DNA of 64,000 nucleotides from Escherichia coli O157:H7 (GTDB lineage Bacteria; Pseudomonadota; Gammaproteobacteria; Enterobacterales; Enterobacteriaceae): NCBI RefSeq assembly GCF_013167455.1, contig NZ_CP038328.1; one strand, 5' to 3'. Shown piece by piece: positions 60,839 to 64,000 of this stretch (position 1 is its first letter; each line of letters starts with the position of its first letter). The notes under the pieces were generated by a model. It saw only the letters and a program-made list of their open reading frames with translations, ran no database searches and was not told where the DNA came from. The position numbers and the translations under genes were made by a program.

Positions 60839-62452
60839 TCAATGCTTCACAATATACATAGTCCGACTGTACGCCACATCCTCAGGGTTATTAATGGGAT
60901 AACCTTTCAGCCACGGTTTGATTAATCGTCCATTGGTATATTGATAAATTGGTGCAATCGGTGCTTGCTCCATGAGGATTTTTTCTGCCGCGTTGTAATC
61001 GGCATTACGCGCTTTAACGGTATTTTCCGTCGATGCCTGGGCCAGAACTTTGTCGTATGCCGGATTGTTAAAGCGTGAAATATTTCCTGAATGCGTTGAC
61101 GTTAATAATGTCAGGAAAGTGGAGGGTTCATTATAATCCCCCACCCATGAGGCGCGGATAACATCAAAATTGCCGGTGTTACGGCTATCGATATAGGTTT
61201 TCCATTCCTGATTTTGCAATTTAACATCTACGCCAAGGTTCTTTTTCCACATCGATGCTACAGCAATCGCAATTTTTTGATGGTTTTCTGAAGTGTTATA
61301 CAAAAGCGTCAGCTTCAGCGGTTTTTGCGGACCATAACCAGCTGCGCTCAACAAAGTTTTTGCCTGCGCATTCAGTTCTTCCTGACTCATTTGTTCAAAC
61401 GGCGAAGGTTCCGGCGTAAATCCGGCGGTAACATCTGGTGTAAAATGCCACGCTGGCTTTTCGCCCGTCCCTAATACTTTTTCGGTCATCAGGCGGCGAT
61501 CTATCGTCATACTTAATGCCAGACGAACGCGCTGATCTGCCGTCGGCCCTTTTTGCGTGTTAAACGCATAATAATAGGTCCCGAGCTGCGGCGGCGTATA
61601 AACCTGCCCCGGAATATCCTTCAACAGCTTCTGATACATATTTTTCGGGAAGGATTCGGTGATATCAATATCCCCCGCGAGGTAACGCTTAGTGGCTGCG
61701 GATTCCTGATTAATTGGCAGGAAGGTCACTTTTTGCAGTACCGTTTTGGCGTTATCCCAATAATGGGTATTCGGTACCACGACCAGTTTTTCATTGACTA
61801 CGCGCTCTTTAAGAACATAAGCGCCATTGCCGATCAGATTTCCGGGTTTCGTCCACTCTTTACCGCTTTCTACGTTGGCTTTTTGCACCGGGAAGAAGGC
61901 AAAGTTAGCGGTTAAATTCACAAACCACGGCAACGGTTTATCAAGCTGAATTTTCAAAGTATGGACATCAACTGCGGTGACGCCAAGCTGGTCAGGTGTA
62001 GCTTTACCATCAATAATCGCCTGTGCGTTGTTGATTCCCGCCAGCGCGGCAAACCATGCAAATGGCGATAGCGTTTTCGGGTCCACCAGACGCTGCCAGC
62101 TGTAGACAAAATCTTGCGCCGTTACCGGTGTGCCATCCGCCCATTTTGCGTTATCGCGCAGGGTAAAAGTCCAGATACGGTTGTCATTACTTTTCCACTG
62201 AGTCGCAACGCCGGGGACAATCTCCCCTTTCTCGTTCTGATTCACCAGTCCTTCAAACAGATCGCGAATGACCTGAATCTCTGGCAGGCCCACGGCTTTA
62301 GCGGGATCCAGCGACGCAGGCTCATCTTTAATGTGGCGCACCAGCTCCTGCTTCTCTGCCAGTACTGTGCCGCTCGGAACTTCTGCAGCATACGAAAGAG
62401 AAATGCTGCTGACCAACAGCGCACAACACGTGACTGAAACAGAGTGCTTCAT
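60839..62452 (-). CDS. mppA: Periplasmic murein tripeptide-binding protein MppA
   Basis: 537 aa from MKHSVSVTCCALLVSSISLSYA signal peptide; OppA-like. Confidence 0.85.
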   Translation of the reverse strand: MKHSVSVTCCALLVSSISLSYAAEVPSGTVLAEKQELVRHIKDEPASLDPAKAVGLPEIQVIRDLFEGLVNQNEKGEIVPGVATQWKSNDNRIWTFTLRDNAKWADGTPVTAQDFVYSWQRLVDPKTLSPFAWFAALAGINNAQAIIDGKATPDQLGVTAVDVHTLKIQLDKPLPWFVNLTANFAFFPVQKANVESGKEWTKPGNLIGNGAYVLKERVVNEKLVVVPNTHYWDNAKTVLQKVTFLPINQESAATKRYLAGDIDITESFPKNMYQKLLKDIPGQVYTPPQLGTYYYAFNTQKGPTADQRVRLALSMTIDRRLMTEKVLGTGEKPAWHFTPDVTAGFTPEPSPFEQMSQEELNAQAKTLLSAAGYGPQKPLKLTLLYNTSENHQKIAIAVASMWKKNLGVDVKLQNQEWKTYIDSRNTGNFDVIRASWVGDYNEPSTFLTLLTSTHSGNISRFNNPAYDKVLAQASTENTVKARNADYNAAEKILMEQAPIAPIYQYTNGRLIKPWLKGYPINNPEDVAYSRTMYIVKH

Positions 62453-62787
62453 AAGTTTCCCTCTAACCGACATTAAAATTGATGCGTAATTATTTGTTTC
62501 GCCTTAAAGAAATGCAAACAACTTCCATCAGAAAGTGACACAGGAAGCATAAAATGTTTTATGTATCAATATATTAAATCAGATTTAGTGTAAATAATAG
62601 ACGCCAAAATGCGGCAAAGCACATAGAACACCGAACACTACGTTCGGGCTTCACACGTTCAAACCAGTTTTCGGTATCATAATCAGCATCTGTCGCCATT
62701 GTACGAAGAATAAAAAATAACCAAAACGTTGAAAGGAACTGAGAATACGTTAAGAGAAGAATTAAATTAATGTATCAGCAAGTAGTG

Positions 62788-63687
62788 CTAAACAGCACCT
62801 TTATACTTCAGCCTATCTATAAATAATGAGAATGCCGAGCCAGCATGTCGACGGTGTGGATAGTACAGGTGATAACCGGGTAAATCTGGTGTGAATTTAT
62901 CCAAAACACGTATCAGTTTTTTTTCTTTAATCGCCCGCTCAACCTGATCATAAGGTAGATACGCCAATCCATGCCCATCAATTGCAGCATCAATGATCAG
63001 GTCTATCGTATTCAGTAAAAGCTGACCTTCCATGCGAACACGAACTTCACGTCCACCGCGTATTAATCTCCAGCGATTTGCTGTACCCGATGTGGGAAGA
63101 TACAAATTAATTGCCTGATGATCTATTAATTGTGACACTGACGTTGGAACACTTCGGCGAGAAAAATAATCCGGTGAGCCAACAATAGCCATTGGTATAT
63201 CTGGCCCGATTCGAATGGCGATCATATCTTTATCCATCTCCCCACCCAGACGGACGCCTGCATCAAAACGTTCAGAAACGACATCAGTCAAACCATAATC
63301 AATGATAAGCTGAATATCAATTTCAGGGTGTGATTTCAGGAATGTGCGCATGGCTGGTAACAATATCGTTTTTGCTGCATGTTCTACAGTAGTAATACGT
63401 ATTGTCCCGGATGGGCGGTTCTGCAGATCGCTCAGGGATGCCAGGGCAGAATCTATGTCATGCAGCATAGGGCCAAGAACAGACAAAAGATGCTCGCCCG
63501 CTTCAGTGGGTACAACACTGCGCGTGGTTCGCGTCAGAAGCCGCAATCCCAATCGTTCTTCTATACGGCGCACTATCTGGCTTAAAGCTGACTGCGCCAT
63601 GCTCAGGCGGGCTGCTGCGCGAGTGAAGCTACGCTCCTCTGCAACGACGACAAACGCCATCAGATCAGCGATCTCTTCACGCTTCAT
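62788..63687 (-). CDS. pgrR: LysR-family regulator PgrR (YcjZ)
   Basis: 299 aa with N-terminal HTH; divergent from ycjY. Confidence 0.7.
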   Translation of the reverse strand: MKREEIADLMAFVVVAEERSFTRAAARLSMAQSALSQIVRRIEERLGLRLLTRTTRSVVPTEAGEHLLSVLGPMLHDIDSALASLSDLQNRPSGTIRITTVEHAAKTILLPAMRTFLKSHPEIDIQLIIDYGLTDVVSERFDAGVRLGGEMDKDMIAIRIGPDIPMAIVGSPDYFSRRSVPTSVSQLIDHQAINLYLPTSGTANRWRLIRGGREVRVRMEGQLLLNTIDLIIDAAIDGHGLAYLPYDQVERAIKEKKLIRVLDKFTPDLPGYHLYYPHRRHAGSAFSLFIDRLKYKGAV

Positions 63688-63824
63688 TCAGTATCTCCAT
63701 ACAATCTATTAATCATTTAAATGATAGGTCTAATCATGATTTAGGGTCTAATCAACTTAATGATCAATATCTATAGTGATATCACCAACCGTTAAAACGA
63801 ACCAACAACTCCATGAGGAACGGA

Positions 63825-64000
63825 ATGATGAATAATAAAGTCAGCTTCACTAACAGCAATAATCCAACCATCTCTTTGTCTGCAGTGATCTATTTTCCTC
63901 CAAAATTTGATGAAACCCGTCAATATCCGGCAATTGTGGTATCTCACCCAGGTGGGGGCGTTAAAGAACAAACGGCCGGGACCTATGCCGAAAAACTGGC
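63825..64000 (+). CDS. ycjY: YcjY-like hydrolase, N-terminal part (continues beyond window)
   Basis: MMNNKVSFTNSNNPTISLSAVIYFPPKFDETRQYPAIVVSHPGGG... Confidence 0.5.
   Translation, partial: MMNNKVSFTNSNNPTISLSAVIYFPPKFDETRQYPAIVVSHPGGGVKEQTAGTYAEKL

Overview
The window reads as Escherichia coli chromosome. About 44 kb is the int-proximal part of a lambdoid prophage at the Rac/ttcA site, followed by about 20 kb of core genes. The prophage runs off the window at position 1. Its late genes are on the minus strand: two tandem nleG-like type III effector genes (one truncated by the edge), collagen-repeat side tail fibre, lom, the lambda-like tail set J-I-K-L-M-H-GT-V-U-Z, a protease-capsid fusion, portal, gpW, terminase large and small subunits. 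Then come a lysis cassette (S21-like pinholin, SAR endolysin, Rz/Rz1) split by a Bro-N moron, a nanS-p-like esterase, a degenerate ileZ-like tRNA remnant between stacked terminators where Stx phages carry stx (no stx here), a Q-like antiterminator, and a nin region carrying an intact hok-type toxin and an AT-rich two-gene cassette. The early region is Rac-like: ydaW/V/U/T/S-like replication and cro genes, a divergent repressor, rha, racC, ydaE, recE, recT, ralR(lar), ydaC, xis and intR next to ttcA. The two-gene cassette (unknown 216-aa protein plus an HTH_XRE-ImmA/IrrE metallopeptidase fusion) is my best candidate for an undescribed stress-responsive toxin or defence module. The core region is dbpA, fnrS, zntB, dgcM, smrA, mcaS, abgR, abgA, abgB, abgT interrupted by an IS629-like element with an internally deleted transposase, ogt, fnr, uspE, ynaJ, ynaI, mppA, pgrR and the start of ycjY. 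All calls rest on reading the ORF translations and sequence by eye; no searches were run, and gene starts are approximate where noted.
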